Shown: positions 1-11,654, counted from the first letter of the stretch. The stretch is 34,860 nucleotides of DNA from Candidatus Altimarinota bacterium (GCA_031410215.1 JANNYQ010000057.1:1-34860); one strand, 5' to 3'. Numbers and translations: made by a program. Notes: generated by a model from the sequence alone, not told the origin.

Positions 1-1
1 G

Positions 2-961
2 GATTTACCAAAACTCGAAAGTGCACCATCTTCTCAGGACAATAATACAACTGAGCCGAGCAATACAAGTATCACCCCAGAGCCACTGATATCACTCGGC
101 CTCCCCGTGGATAACCAGGGAACGATCCATATCATCCCTGCAGGTAAGATCACTCTCCATACAGCTGATGGGAATCAGCTATTACGAATAGGAAAAGAGC
201 TCATCAAAAATGAAAATGGAGCCATCATCGGAGAGAAGATCGTAGACTATCTCACTATCAATGAGGAAAATGGGAATGTACTCCCGAGTACGAATCGTAC
301 ATTCATGATGAATTGGTATGGATTTGCTCGTGAGAATATCGGAACTGATGGTCGGGTATATATCAGCTATGAGACTCCGAGTCAATACTACTCTCGTATT
401 GCTCGCGAAGAGTCAGGATATCTCTATACATGGGACAAACTCACACTCACGCACGTCACTCGCACTCTGAGTGCCCGAGTCGATCTCTCCTATATGGATC
501 CCGTCACCAAGACTGTCATATCTCGCAACTATGATCTCCCGATGAGTATAGAGTCAGATGAGATAGTCAAGACGCTCAATACTGGACTCCTCACACCACT
601 TGCTATCATAGCTCTGATCTGGTGGTGGATCGCTATATGGAGACGCCGGAGATATCACTACAATAGTCATCAGACTCTCATATGAGAGGATGGGGATGAT
701 GAGATCGCAGTTCTCGAGCGAGCCAGAGCAGTGATGTTTGCGAAGGAAGCAACTCGAGCTGCAACAGCTATCAAAAAGAAACCGATAAAGAAAACAACAA
801 CTCAAAAATCTATCACAAAAGCTACTACAGTAGCCGAAGTGGCAAATTCTCCTACAAAAAAACCAGTTGCAAAAAAATCTACAACAACTGAGAAAGTCAT
901 TCCTATAAAAAAGACTGTAGCTAAAAAAACTCCTGTAATTACACCCAAGGAAGTGGCATAG
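2..961 (+). CDS. Membrane-anchored surface protein, 5'-truncated by the window edge (DUF916/DUF3324-like), with a TM helix and a Lys/Thr/Ala-rich tail
   Basis: Frame is open from base 2. ORFs 107-685 and 731-961 share a frame and join across TGA 683-685; the stop is TAG. Motifs DNQGTIHIIPAGKITL and GNVLPSTNRTF, then a hydrophobic stretch LLTPLAIIALIWWWIAIW followed by RRRR. Confidence 0.7.
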
Positions 962-964
962 TCA

Positions 965-1000
965 TAAAAAGATCATTCGAATACTCGAATGATCTTTTTA
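965..1000. terminator. Bidirectional intrinsic terminator
   Basis: Perfect 16 bp inverted repeat TAAAAAGATCATTCGA-atac-TCGAATGATCTTTTTA between two convergent stops (961 and 1001). Confidence 0.85.
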
Positions 1001-2317
1001 TTATTGCAGTTCTTTCACGTTTTTGATCTTGGTACACTCCATTCACTTTGGGATCTTACCCTCATAGCTCGCAGGGATCACTGCATGAGTGAATCAGAGT
1101 TTCGCAGCCTCCATGAGTCTCCGATCGAGGAGCATCACATTTTTCACCACTCCAGTGAGAGACACTTCTCCGAGATAGATTGTCTTTCCGAGAGGTTTCT
1201 CTCGTTTGCTACTCGATATAGCTGCGATACATGCGAGATCGACTCCCGGCTCGGACACCTGGATACCACGAGCAATATTGAGGTAGGTATCATAGTCCTC
1301 CAGTTTCACACTCGTGAACTTGCTCATCACAGCGATGAGGAGATCGAGTTTGCCCTGTGAGAGGCCACGAGCTGATCTCTTGGGATATCCGAACTTGGTA
1401 TGCGTCGTGAGTGCCTCGATCTCGATGAGGATAGGTCGGTTGCCCTCGATGGTGAATGTCAGAGCCGAGCCCGAGAGTACCGATCCATCAGAGTCAATGA
1501 ACTCCATGCCAGGATTCGGCAGATCGATGAGTCATTTTTCTTCCATACGGAACAATCCCACACTATCGGTCGGGCCGAACCGATTCTTCAGAGCTCTCAG
1601 TATCCGGTAATTCTCAGTACGAACTCCCTCGAGAAATAGTACCACATCGACGAGATGCTCGAGAGACTTCGGCCCACCGATCGATCCATCCTTCGTCACA
1701 TGTCCGATGAGGATGATAGATTTTTGCATTTTTTTCGCGATATGCATACACATCTCAGTCATGATACGGATCTGAGAGATACTCCCCGGAGATCCATCTA
1801 TCGAGGATGATGAGAGTACGGAGAGTGAGTCGATGATGATGATGCTCGCAGTCGACCGCTCTATAGTGACAAAAATAGAGTCCCAATCCGACTCCGTCAG
1901 GAGAGATATATTGCCGTGGCTGACGCCGAGACGGACTGCCCGAGCACTGATCTGTCCGATATGCTCTTCTCCTGAGATATAGAGTACCTCTTGATTGCGA
2001 CTCGCATACCACTCACTCATCTGGAGTGCGAGTGTAGACTTCCCTATCCCAGGTTCTCCTGAGAGGAGGACGAGAGATCCAGCCGAGAGTCCACCACCGA
2101 GAACTGCATCGAGCTCACCCGATGAACTCGGGTATCTCTCCATCTTGTTTGAGGTAGAGAGTGGATCGATTCATTTCGTGGCGAGGACTTTTCCAGTTCC
2201 AATTTTACTCTTTCATTTTTGTACAGTTGACTCGTGATATGTGTTCCACTCGCCACACTTCGGGCACTTCCCTACCCATTTCGGTGATGTCTCGGAGCAT
2301 GATGAGCAGATGAACAT
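1001..2317 (-). CDS. radA: DNA repair protein RadA/Sms (438 aa, code 25)
   Basis: N-terminal zinc finger MFICSSCSETSPKWVGKCPKCGEWNT, Walker A GEPGIGKST, KNRFG motif and a Lon-like C-terminus. Frame is continuous through TGAs to TAA at 1001. Confidence 0.95.
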
Positions 2318-2342
2318 AGGAGAGAAATAAATACTTAAAAAT

Positions 2343-2909
2343 TTAGTCATTCGCAATTGCAACCTTTATATCTGAGTAGGAGAATCCCCTTCTCAGTAGT
2401 GAGGCGATCATCTTTTCTCGGATTTTTTTATCGTCAGTATTATATCGATTTTTATACTTTTGCACTTCTTTTGTGAGATTGTCGGTATCATTTTTTTCTA
2501 TGAGGAGCTCAGTGATCTCATCTCGAAAATATGAGTACTTGCCAGTGAGTTGCATACTAATAATACGACGAGACTTGCCACGCTGCTCGAGTGTCTGTAT
2601 CTGATGTAGGATACTCGATCTGTGAGCCTCCCAGTCATGGATCTCAGTATCGAATAGCTCGATCTTCTCGAGGATCAGATCCTTTGGGAATTCTTTTTTC
2701 ATGAGTTTCATACTCATGTCCCTTTTGCCTTTGCCGAGTGAGACGAACGATCTAATCCACATATCCGCCATCATCGACTCATCATATCCATTGTCTGCGA
2801 GTAGTTGTGCTGGATTTTGGCAATTCTTTTTCTCCAGATAGGCCGTCACTTTCTTGCGAGATGGAGCATACCGACTGATGTAGTTCGCGAGACGGAGAGA
2901 TATATTCAT
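2343..2909 (-). CDS. recX: RecX-family regulatory protein
   Basis: 188 aa helical basic protein ending in KIREKMIASLLRRGFSYSDIK, typical of RecX. Lies directly upstream of radA on the same strand. Confidence 0.7.
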   Translation of the reverse strand: MNISLRLANYISRYAPSRKKVTAYLEKKNCQNPAQLLADNGYDESMMADMWIRSFVSLGKGKRDMSMKLMKKEFPKDLILEKIELFDTEIHDWEAHRSSILHQIQTLEQRGKSRRIISMQLTGKYSYFRDEITELLIEKNDTDNLTKEVQKYKNRYNTDDKKIREKMIASLLRRGFSYSDIKVAIAND

Positions 2910-2918
2910 GAGAAAAAA

Positions 2919-2947
2919 TTGACGCAACCAAAAACATATGATACACT
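2919..2947 (+). promoter_or_regulatory. Sigma70-type promoter for the small ORF at 2975
   Basis: TTGACG-17 bp-TACACT, with a TG extended -10 element. Confidence 0.5.
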
Positions 2948-2974
2948 CTATACATATCTCATAAAAATACAAAT

Positions 2975-3166
2975 ATGACTACCGACATTGCCCGTATGGG
3001 CCCACACGCCCTCGCATCCTACCACTCTCGGGCACTCGCTCTCGAGTCGTTCGGAGTCGATCCTATGGCGATCAGCCTATACCAAGCACAGGATCGATCA
3101 CTCGCGAAGCAGAGTCGATCGAAGCGGGCACTCATGGTGCAAGAGGATCATGAGATTATAGTATAA
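2975..3166 (+). CDS. Small hypothetical protein (63 aa)
   Basis: ATG to TAA with genome-typical codons, a candidate promoter upstream and a terminator downstream. Confidence 0.55.
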   Translation: MTTDIARMGPHALASYHSRALALESFGVDPMAISLYQAQDRSLAKQSRSKRALMVQEDHEIIV

Positions 3167-3186
3167 TAATTTCAGACCCTGACTAT

Positions 3187-3209
3187 ATCCCATGCAAATG
3201 GGATTTTTT
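3187..3209 (+). terminator. Intrinsic terminator
   Basis: ATCCCAT-gcaa-ATGGGAT followed by TTTTT. Confidence 0.7.
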
Positions 3210-3445
3210 AATACATATCAGACAACTGCAAATACTCAATCATCTAATTCTCTCAAAATAGCTATAAATAGATATCATCTCAACTAGTACATCCCGCTCA
3301 CAATATGTGTACAACACTAATACAAAATCCCTATTTCGCATAGGGAATGATGATATGTCAAAAATATCTGGACGCGTCAGATGGCTCAGGGGTGGGCAAT
3401 ATAGTCAGAAAGAGCGGGAAATCAAGGAGATAATTCTATATTAAT

Positions 3446-3474
3446 TTGACGATTGATACAATATGAGTTAAAAT
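3446..3474 (+). promoter_or_regulatory. Sigma70-type promoter
   Basis: TTGACG-17 bp-TAAAAT, 31 bp upstream of ATG 3506. Confidence 0.6.
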
Positions 3475-3505
3475 GCAGGAACTATAAAAAATAATCACTC
3501 CGATC

Positions 3506-4270
3506 ATGGCAACTCCTCTCGATATGCAACCAGTAGTTGATACTCAGTTAGAATCCCAAAAATCAAATATACTCGAAAAAACTGGTGAAGCCTGCAAGAA
3601 GCTCGGTATCGCAGTAGCCACAGCAGCTGCACTGCATTGTTCAGCATTTGCTCAATCTGCAGTCAGCTCGTCCCCTGCCGCTATGCTTCAGGTGACAAAA
3701 GGCTCAGGGGTATTGACAATCGATGGGAAGAATATGAGTTTTACGGAGTTTTTGACGAAATATCCAGAGCAGAAGGAGAGAAGTGCTATCTTAGGAAAGA
3801 TGGATGAAAAAACTGAAGATGCATTTCGTGACTGGGAGATATCGATGAGGAAAAATGAATCAAGTAGTATAGAAGTAGCGTTGAATCAAAAAAAAGAAGA
3901 ACGCAAAGGGGTAAATATAGCGTTGAATCAAGAAGATAAAGAATTAGTGAATGATAAAGGAGGATTGAATCAAAAAAAAGAAGAACGCAAAGGGGTAAAT
4001 ATAGCGTTGATTCAAATCACTCAAGTAAATGCTATACTCGATGATCTCATGCAGAATCAATGACTCAAAATGGCTTCAGAAAGTCAGAAAAAAATCAACC
4101 AAGAAAAAGGATCAATAATATTAGCGGCACTCGATAATCCTACGATCACTCAAGGGATGAAGCCTGAAACAATATCAATATTGAGAACTATTGGTAATAG
4201 TCTACAAAAAGGTGGTAATGTTGCCTATATAAACAGTGAAGTCGTCAAAAATATAAAAATTGCCTTATAG
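3506..4270 (+). CDS. Hypothetical, probably exported coiled-coil repeat protein (254 aa)
   Basis: ORFs 3506-4063 and 4070-4270 join across TGA. Signal-like segment KKLGIAVATAAALHCSAFA-Q and 14-aa repeats. Confidence 0.75.
3697..3843 (+). repeat. Direct repeat, copy 1 (partner 4570-4716)
   Basis: 109 bp with 1 mismatch, then 13 divergent bp, then 25 identical bp. Offset between copies is 873 bp. Confidence 0.95.
3878..4003 (+). repeat. 42 bp tandem modules in order A-B-A
   Basis: A = ALNQKKEERKGVNI, B = ALNQEDKELVNDKG. Confidence 0.95.
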
Positions 4271-4330
4271 AGCTCGATTTTTTGCATATATCCAAAAATA
4301 ATGATACCATAATGGGGTATCATTATTTTT

Positions 4331-6217
4331 ATGTCTGACATCCCCTCTATCTCATCTGGTGCGGGAACTCTGGAACAATCCAAAAAGAATCCCACACAAA
4401 TACTAGATTCCCTCCTCCAAAAAGGAGGTTTTCAAGTAACTCCAGAAGAGTTATCACATATTGATGCAGCAATTCGGCGGAATCCATCACTTCTGGAGAG
4501 TATAAATATAGATATCGCAGTAACTCAAACAAATCCGAACGAAAAATCCCGATTCGAAACAATATATCTAAAAGGCTCAGGAGTATTGACAATCGATGGG
4601 AAGAATATGAGTTTTACGGAGTTTTTGACGAAATATCCAGAGCAGAAGGAGAGAAGTGCTATCTTAGGAAAGATGGATCGCCCAACGAAAAATGCATTTC
4701 GTGACTGGGAGATATCAATTGAGGATATCTCTATAGCTCAGAAGAGTGGAGCGTTAAATCAAGAAGATAAAGAATTAGTGAATGATAAGGGAGCATTGAA
4801 TCAAAAAAAAGAAGAACGCAAAGGGGTAAATATAGCGTTGAATCAAGAAGATAAAGAATTAGTGAATGATAAAGGAGCATTGAATCAAAAATTAAATGAA
4901 ACAGAGCAACAAACTAAAAAACTCGTTGATCAAGCACGATCTCTGATGGATACTGGATCGAATGAGTTCGTCACTCGAGAACTCAATCAGATACAATCAG
5001 ATCCTACAGTTTCGCCTATCGCTCAGGATCTGATCAAGCGATGATCGACTATCGAGGATATCCAGAGTGGGCGACTCAACTCGACTATCGAGGCATATAT
5101 CATCTCGAACAACGAGAAGGCACTCATACCAAAAGACCCTCAAAAGGCCAAAGAATTCTCTGAGGTCGTCAGTCGTATGCGTGAGAATATCTGAGTGAAG
5201 CCAACACGCGATAATATCGATGCATTCGCTGCGAGCAAGGTACTCGGAACAGATAGAGAGCGGATCGTGAGCAATATGCACCAGATCGGATCGAGTGGCA
5301 AGTATGATCGTATGACCTGGGATGGTGAGACTCGGAGTGTCATATTCCATGGAGAGAGTGGAACACGGATACTCGATACCGCTAATATCCCACCTAGGGA
5401 AAGTATAATGAGGAATGGACTCTATATCTCTCGTGAGATCAGTCCAATAGTAGCTGATCCCGCTAGAGAACGCAATGAGAGCAAACGAAATGTAGTGGCA
5501 CAGATAGTACCAACGATATCTCGGGATATCAAAGAGATGCTCAGTGACAAGATGGAAGATGGGAATGAAATAGTCTCTCCAGAGATATGAGGTATGCTCG
5601 ATAATACCCTCTCTCATATCAGTCTCAGGAACTCGCAATCTGCGAAATTATCGCGAACTATGATCGAGACAACATGAGGTGTATTGCGTATGGAGCAAGG
5701 TCGTCTGAATATACTATCACAAGATAAGAGCAAAATCAATCCTCTCGATCCTGATATATGAGGCATCAAATGAACTATTACCAGGATCAATACTATCATG
5801 GAGTCACTCCAAAAGATACAAGAAAAGACTACTATAGAAGAAGAAAATACTCAGAGCAATAGGATCCTCTGGGATACAAACGCAAGAGATAATCTCTCAT
5901 GGCTCACGACAAAATATTTCGATCGTATAGGACCAAACGCTCAAGTCGCAATCGATCGTATCATAGGACTCGTCAATAGAGATCGAACTCTATCTAATCA
6001 GATACAACTCTGAGAGCCACTCAGTCCTATGAGCAAGAATATCCTAGAAAAATCAATAACCAAGCTCTGAGGTACTCCTGATATACTCACGAGTGGGGAT
6101 AAGCTCCCAATATTGCAAAAAAGAATCACAGAATCTCTCAACTATCCCCCATCAGATAGTCGCAGTATAGAGTGACAACTCCAGCAAGTTAACCCTGCAA
6201 AATCTGACATGAACTAG
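4331..6217 (+). CDS. Hypothetical coiled-coil protein (628 aa) sharing a cassette with the upstream gene
   Basis: ORFs 4331-5044, 5195-5590 and 5798-6013 are in one frame and join across TGAs to TAG 6215-6217. Confidence 0.8.
4570..4716 (+). repeat. Direct repeat, copy 2 (partner 3697-3843)
   Basis: Encodes KGSGVLTIDGKNMSFTEFLTKYPEQKERSAILGKMD...AFRDWEI in both genes. Confidence 0.95.
4751..4876 (+). repeat. 42 bp tandem modules in order B-A-B
   Basis: Same two 14-codon units as 3878-4003, in a different order. Confidence 0.95.
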
Positions 6218-6292
6218 GTGTTAGGTTTTTTCTTGCATTCTACAAAAAATATATACAATGTCTATTGTAGATTATCTATAATGCATTAATAT

Positions 6293-7963
6293 ATGACTTT
6301 CTCTCGTATGCACCTGGGTATGCTCGGTGTTGTCAGCATCTTCACTGGTATGATATCTCCAGTGGTACGAAGTGCTAGCTCTGTGTTCCCTTTTCCACTC
6401 ACAGATATGCAGATCTATGCCTATCTTGTGTTGCTCACACTCGCAATCATCTGTATCCTACTTGCCGTCAGATGGTGGATATGGACTCGTGTTGCTGGAC
6501 TCATCATTATACTATTAATCGGGTATTTATTTGTAGTATCATGGAGCGGTGAGGTACGTAGCAATAGTGGTCTCCTGACACCATCACTCTCTTGGTGATG
6601 GTTGTTCCTCGCAATCGGAGTGGGGCTCCTCATCGCAAGTATGTTCGGTGAAGAGATCGATCGAGATACTCCATCACTCTGAGATCATTGGCTCGGATGG
6701 CTCGGATCTATCACTGTACTCGTGCTCACCTGATTGATCATATCGATATCCTACATCCCTGGTATGGAGAGATCAAGAGGTCATGTCCTAGAGAATATGT
6801 TCGGTAGTGGATATATTGAGACTCAATCTGGATTGACGAGATCTATCCCATTTCCGAGTATCGAAAAGTTTGCATTCGATCGGGCAAGTGACTCGATTTC
6901 ATTTTTTGCATCAAGTGGTACACAGATGGTAGCCTTCCCAAGTGGACAGATATATGAGAGACTCCCGTATGCGACGACGACGATCGGCAATATAGCATAT
7001 ACAATCAGTGCTGAGGGAATAGTGACCAAAGATACAGGTACTATCATGGGCAAGGCAATCCTGCCACAAAATATGAATCGTGCTATCATGATGCTCTCAG
7101 GGAGTGAGATCATATCACTGAGTAGATCGGGGATCCGAACAATGAGTTGACAATACGCAAGTATAGAAGAAATACTCACAACACCAGGAGGTGATCATAA
7201 TATATGGCGGTCTCTCACTCCAGATGGGTATCGTATATATCGTGATGGTGAGGCTATCACGATGCCGCACTATGAGATTTCTCATATCTCATCATCGTCT
7301 GACGGGAGATCGATCATGGCTCTCATATCAGAATGAGATGGTATACGATATATCATCAGAAATGATGTCAAAATCGAACAAATCGCACCTGGATATATCG
7401 AATGAACTCTCAGGATGAATGGTACTGAAAGTCTCTATGCTGTAGATCGAGATGGTGTAGTAGAGCTCATCCACAATGGCACCATCCTCGATCGTAAATT
7501 CGATGAGATCAGAGAAGTATATCTGGATACGGATGGTGGTGGATATGTATATTTCGGTCGTCCTCTCGGTGAGTCGACCTACTGTATATATACAAGATAT
7601 CGTGGTAACCTCTGTGGACTGACTGGATACATGAATCCTCGCCAAGCACCAGACTCAAGTATCGTATATGCAGCTCTCTTAGATGGTTCTTGGGGGATCT
7701 ATCGCAACACATCTGCAATCATCCGCAACACTGGATATATCAATCGAGAAGATATATCACGTGACTATGCATTCTTCGATATTACCAATCCAAGCTACTA
7801 TCTCTTTATCAGAGGTTCAGATACAGGATATCGACTCTACAAAAAATGAGCATGGATCAATGGCGTATACAAAGATGTCGGACTCGATGTGACGTTCGGG
7901 TATGACAACAAAGTGATCATGTCAGTACAAGATGATGCAGGTTGGCGAGTGATTGAGTTCTAG
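6293..7963 (+). CDS. Hypothetical membrane protein (556 aa): N-terminal TM helices plus a beta-rich, propeller-like extracellular domain
   Basis: ORFs 6293, 6734 and 7415 are in one frame and end at TAG 7961-7963. Several hydrophobic segments are followed by short beta-strand/xDG-turn motifs. Confidence 0.75.
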
Positions 7964-8001
7964 TCAAAAAATCCTCTACAGACCGTAGAGGATTTTTTTG
8001 A
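7964..8001. terminator. Bidirectional terminator overlapping the NUDIX stop codon
   Basis: AAAAAATCCTCTAC-agacc-GTAGAGGATTTTTT between convergent genes. Confidence 0.75.
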
Positions 8002-8551
8002 GTTCTGCTCTCTTCTCAGTATTGAGTCGAGCCTCATAGAGTATCGGGAGGAGGTTCCAGTGATGGTGAAATCCTGGATCTGATGAGAGCTCTAGGAGTT
8101 CATCGAACGATACTGTAAAAAGTGTGATCTTTTCTCCACCGTCACCCTCTATCTCCCGCTCGTATACACAATCCCGAGCGATATAGTAGTGTACCTCTGT
8201 CTGGACATTGTTCGTGCCATGATATCTCATCCACTCGACGAGTGTATCTGTAGTATATCCTGTCTCTTCTCGGAGCTCACGACGAGCACATGCAACAGGA
8301 TCTTCATCTGGTGAATCAAAGGACCCTCCAGGCAGAGAGATAAACTCACTCCGTCCTGGTTGTTCCTGTCTCGTGAGAAGTATCCGTCCATCTGGCAGTA
8401 TCGGCAGGACAAATGCCCCATCGATGAACCGGATCAGCTCAAATCTCCGAACAGATCCATCATAGACGACCTGATCCCACTGATAAATCTGGGATCTCAC
8501 TCCTGAGAACATGAGTTCTGCATTATCTGGGATGATGGATTTGTGTGTCAT
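7976..8551 (-). CDS. NUDIX hydrolase (ADP-ribose pyrophosphatase-like)
   Basis: Nudix box GGSFDSPDEDPVACARRELREETGY. Confidence 0.9.
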   Translation of the reverse strand: MTHKSIIPDNAELMFSGVRSQIYQWDQVVYDGSVRRFELIRFIDGAFVLPILPDGRILLTRQEQPGRSEFISLPGGSFDSPDEDPVACARRELREETGYTTDTLVEWMRYHGTNNVQTEVHYYIARDCVYEREIEGDGGEKITLFTVSFDELLELSSDPGFHHHWNLLPILYEARLNTEKRAELKKILYGL

Positions 8552-8579
8552 GATAGTTTGATTATTACGATGACGAGAA

Positions 8580-10076
8580 CTATACCTTCGGAGCAATCCG
8601 CATATAAAGTGGCTCCCCTTTCTCCGCGATATAATATAGTGTAGGATCCTGATCTAGATTCCCCGAAAGTGAGATACTATTATTATATGGAGCACCGATA
8701 CGAGTCAGTAGCTCTCGCATCTTCACATCGAAGAATGGGAGGAGCATAATCGATATTTTTCTAAGGTTTGATAATAGTATGAAAAGTATGTTTTCGAGTT
8801 TTTCACGACCACCATCCTCATCTATATTGATCTTCCATGGTGCGTTCTCCTCGACATACTGGTTGATCTCAGTCGCATAGGCAAATGCGAGCTCGAGTGA
8901 TCCCTTGAGATCAGAGCTATCCATGAGTAATATATATTTCTCTATATTAGGAGTTCATACTTTTCATACTGATCCAGATATACGACCATCGAGTTTCAGT
9001 GCGAGGGCTATAGCACGATTCAGGAGGTTACCGACATTGTTCGAGAGCTTCGCGTTGTACGTCAGTATCGCCTGCTCCTGTGAGAAGTCACCATCTTCTC
9101 CGATCGGGAACGCCGTAAAGAGATAGAGTATGAGCATATCACGAGAATACTCTCAGATATAGGCAACTGGATCAATCACATTGCCGATAGACTTCGACAT
9201 TTTCTGTCCATCAACCGTGAAGAATCCAGTAGTGAGGAGCTGTCGAGGTGCCTCATATCCAGTACTCCAGAGCATCGCAGGCCAATATATCCCATGGAAT
9301 TTTACGATATCCTTGCCGATCACGTGTACATCTGCTGGCCACCATTTTTTTTCATCATCCTGTATTAATGTCAGATAGTTGAATAGGGCATCATACCACA
9401 CATAGGTCACTTGTGTAGCATCAAATGGGAGTGGTATGCCGAATTTGTTCGTCTCACGAGAGATCGAGAAGTCCTCGAGTCCACCACGGACGAACTCGAT
9501 GATTTCATTGTATCTCGTTCTCGGTTTTACGAAGTCTGGATTTTCTTCATAGAATTTGAGGATTTGATCCTGATATTTTGATAGCCTGAAGAAGTAGTTC
9601 TTCTCACTCAGATGTTCCAGTTCCCTATTGGGATGATCAGCACACTTTCCATTTACGATATCAGTTTCTTTTTTGAATGTTTCACAACCAATACAATAGA
9701 GCCCCTCATAGACTCACTCGTAGATATCACCATTGTCGAATGATTTCTGGAGAACCTGCTGAACGAACTCATGATGACGAGGCTCCGTTGTTCGGATAAA
9801 GTCTGTATAGTGGATACCCAGAATATCCCAAGTATCCCTGTGCTTGCCAGCCATCATATCTGCATAGTCCATCACAGTCATTTCCATACTTGCGGCAGAC
9901 TCGACGACTTTTTGAGAGTTCTCATCTACACCTGTCGAGAATCGTGTCTCATGGAGTGAGAGTGTAGTATATGATGCGATCGTATCAGCAATAAATGATG
10001 CATATGCGTTGCCTATATGCGGGAGTGCATTGGAATAGTATATTGGTGTTGTGATATAGAACTTCTTTTTTGTCAT
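8580..10076 (-). CDS. metG: Methionine--tRNA ligase (498 aa, short form)
   Basis: FYITTPIYY, PHIGNAY (HIGH variant), YCIGCE knuckle, YVWYDAL, GKDI and KMSKS. Frame is continuous across TGAs. Confidence 0.95.
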
Positions 10077-10134
10077 ATTTTTGTTTTAGATAGGCTGATT
10101 GTAGGGAAATATACACATTTTTCAAGAAAAAATT

Positions 10135-10162
10135 TTGACATTTCGTATAACTTTCATAATAT
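10135..10162 (+). promoter_or_regulatory. Promoter of tRNA-Asn (divergent from metG)
   Basis: TTGACA-16 bp-TAATAT. Confidence 0.5.
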
Positions 10163-10181
10163 GCTCGCGTTCCTGTAGTAT

Positions 10182-10256
10182 TCCCCGATAGCTCAGCGGT
10201 AGAGCAACCGGCTGTTAACCGGTAGGTCATTGGTTCGAATCCAATTCGGGGAGCCA
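10182..10256 (+). tRNA. trnN: tRNA-Asn (GTT)
   Basis: Acceptor stem TCCCCGA/TCGGGGA, D-arm GCTC..GAGC, anticodon arm ACCGG-ctGTTaa-CCGGT, T-loop GTTCGAATC, discriminator G and an encoded CCA. Confidence 0.97.
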
Positions 10257-10267
10257 TAAAATCCCCA

Positions 10268-10296
10268 AAAAATCCCAGAGTCAATCTGGGATTTTT
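10268..10296. terminator. Bidirectional terminator
   Basis: AAAAATCCCAGA-gtcaa-TCTGGGATTTTT between the tRNA and the convergent CDS. Confidence 0.8.
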
Positions 10297-10324
10297 CTTA
10301 GTATATAATCTGAGATATCTAGAT

Positions 10325-10894
10325 CTAGACCCTGAGTGCTCCACGAAACGCTCGACCCGCATAGTAGGACTCTGCACCGTTGTGATAGACGAATACCCTA
10401 CCATAGCGGCGATCACCGAAGATGGCACCACCGAGCTCTCGGATCTGAGGCGGTGCGAGTAGCCAGCTCGATGTCTTGGTATCATAGTTCCCGAGTTGTT
10501 GCAATTCACGATATTGCTCCTCAGTGAGCATCTCGATCCCCATCGAGGCAGCCATATCCATAGCATTGTTGACAGGCTTGTTCTCTCGTCTAGACTCCCA
10601 TGCTACCCGATCATAGCAGAGACTCCTGCGACCCGTCGGACTCTCGGATGAGCAATCATAGAACATATATTCACCCGTCTGGGTATCATATCCGACCACA
10701 TCGGGCTCACCACCTGTCCTCTCCATCTCAGAGAGCGACCAGAGTTTCTCTGTATTGGCCTCGAGCCTCGATTGTACGAGAGACCACTCCAGACCTATAT
10801 GACGATTCATATTTTTGTCAAAACGAGCCTGCAAAACCATGAGGAGCTCTGCTTGTTGTTCACTAGACAGCTCGTTTTTTGGTGTATTGTTCAT
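10325..10894 (-). CDS. DUF4256-family protein
   Basis: Motifs RFDKNMNRH, MERTGGEPDVV, ESPTGRRSLCYD, DTKTSSWL and YHNGAESYYAGRAFRG. Confidence 0.85.
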   Translation of the reverse strand: MNNTPKNELSSEQQAELLMVLQARFDKNMNRHIGLEWSLVQSRLEANTEKLWSLSEMERTGGEPDVVGYDTQTGEYMFYDCSSESPTGRRSLCYDRVAWESRRENKPVNNAMDMAASMGIEMLTEEQYRELQQLGNYDTKTSSWLLAPPQIRELGGAIFGDRRYGRVFVYHNGAESYYAGRAFRGALRV

Positions 10895-11025
10895 AATATT
10901 AGAAGTAATGAATAAAAATCAATTTCTCACACATTGTATCTGCATTCGGATTCTTTTCAAATGATAGAAAAATATAATATAACCAATCTCCTAAAATCTA
11001 TCTAGACTATTTTCTATTCCCTATA

Positions 11026-11541
11026 TTATTTCAGATATTTTTGCTTGAGTCATTCGATCCCATTTCGAAAATGTAGATATCTATCACTCGCACGAGACGC
11101 ATAAGAAGCATCTTCTATTACTCGAGGAAACTTTTCGGTAGTCACAGGAATTCCCTTTTTGATAAAAGACTCTTCGATGAGGCGAAGGAGAAAAGCGGTA
11201 GTATTGAATGAAGAATGAAATCGAAATGCTACATTCTTGTCATTGGATCATTGGATCTGACGGATATGAACGCCATCCTCATCTAGATCAAGACCTATGG
11301 CACAAGCAGGCCTATATTTGCCATCTTTTTCACGCTTGTATCGTACCACGAGAGCAATGTCCCCATCTAGGAGCATCTTGGTGGAATATGTAGATCCAGA
11401 GAACTCTCACGAGGCAACATGGAGTCATCAGAGTATCTCTACCATCAGCCGTGTACTATCTATGACAGGACAGGTGCTGTTGCGTGGAGTGGTGATGAAC
11501 TCTCGGAAATCTGGAATATGAAGATGGTCGAGTATTCGCAT
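11026..11541 (-). CDS. Hypothetical protein (171 aa), absent from the standard-code ORF track
   Basis: MRILDHLHIPDF...GVHIRQIQGSND...LKQKYLK* reads through five TGA codons to TAA, with genome-typical codon usage. Confidence 0.7.
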
Positions 11542-11654
11542 ATATTGTTATATTTTGAGGATTGTATCAGATTATTTGATTTTAGTGAAATCAAAATCCC
11601 AAAAACATCTGAGATGGAGTTTTTTATTTATGAGATCAACTTCATAAAAAGCTC

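Noticed and set aside
3697-4716. Diversity-generating retroelement TR/VR pair
   Set aside because: Both copies are internal and coding, the differences cluster in one patch rather than at scattered adenines, and no reverse transcriptase is present in the window.
9985-10566. 193-aa minus-strand ORF and other antisense ORFs such as 25436-26194 and 4997-5638
   Set aside because: These are shadow frames overlapping a tRNA or well-supported genes, with no recognisable motifs.
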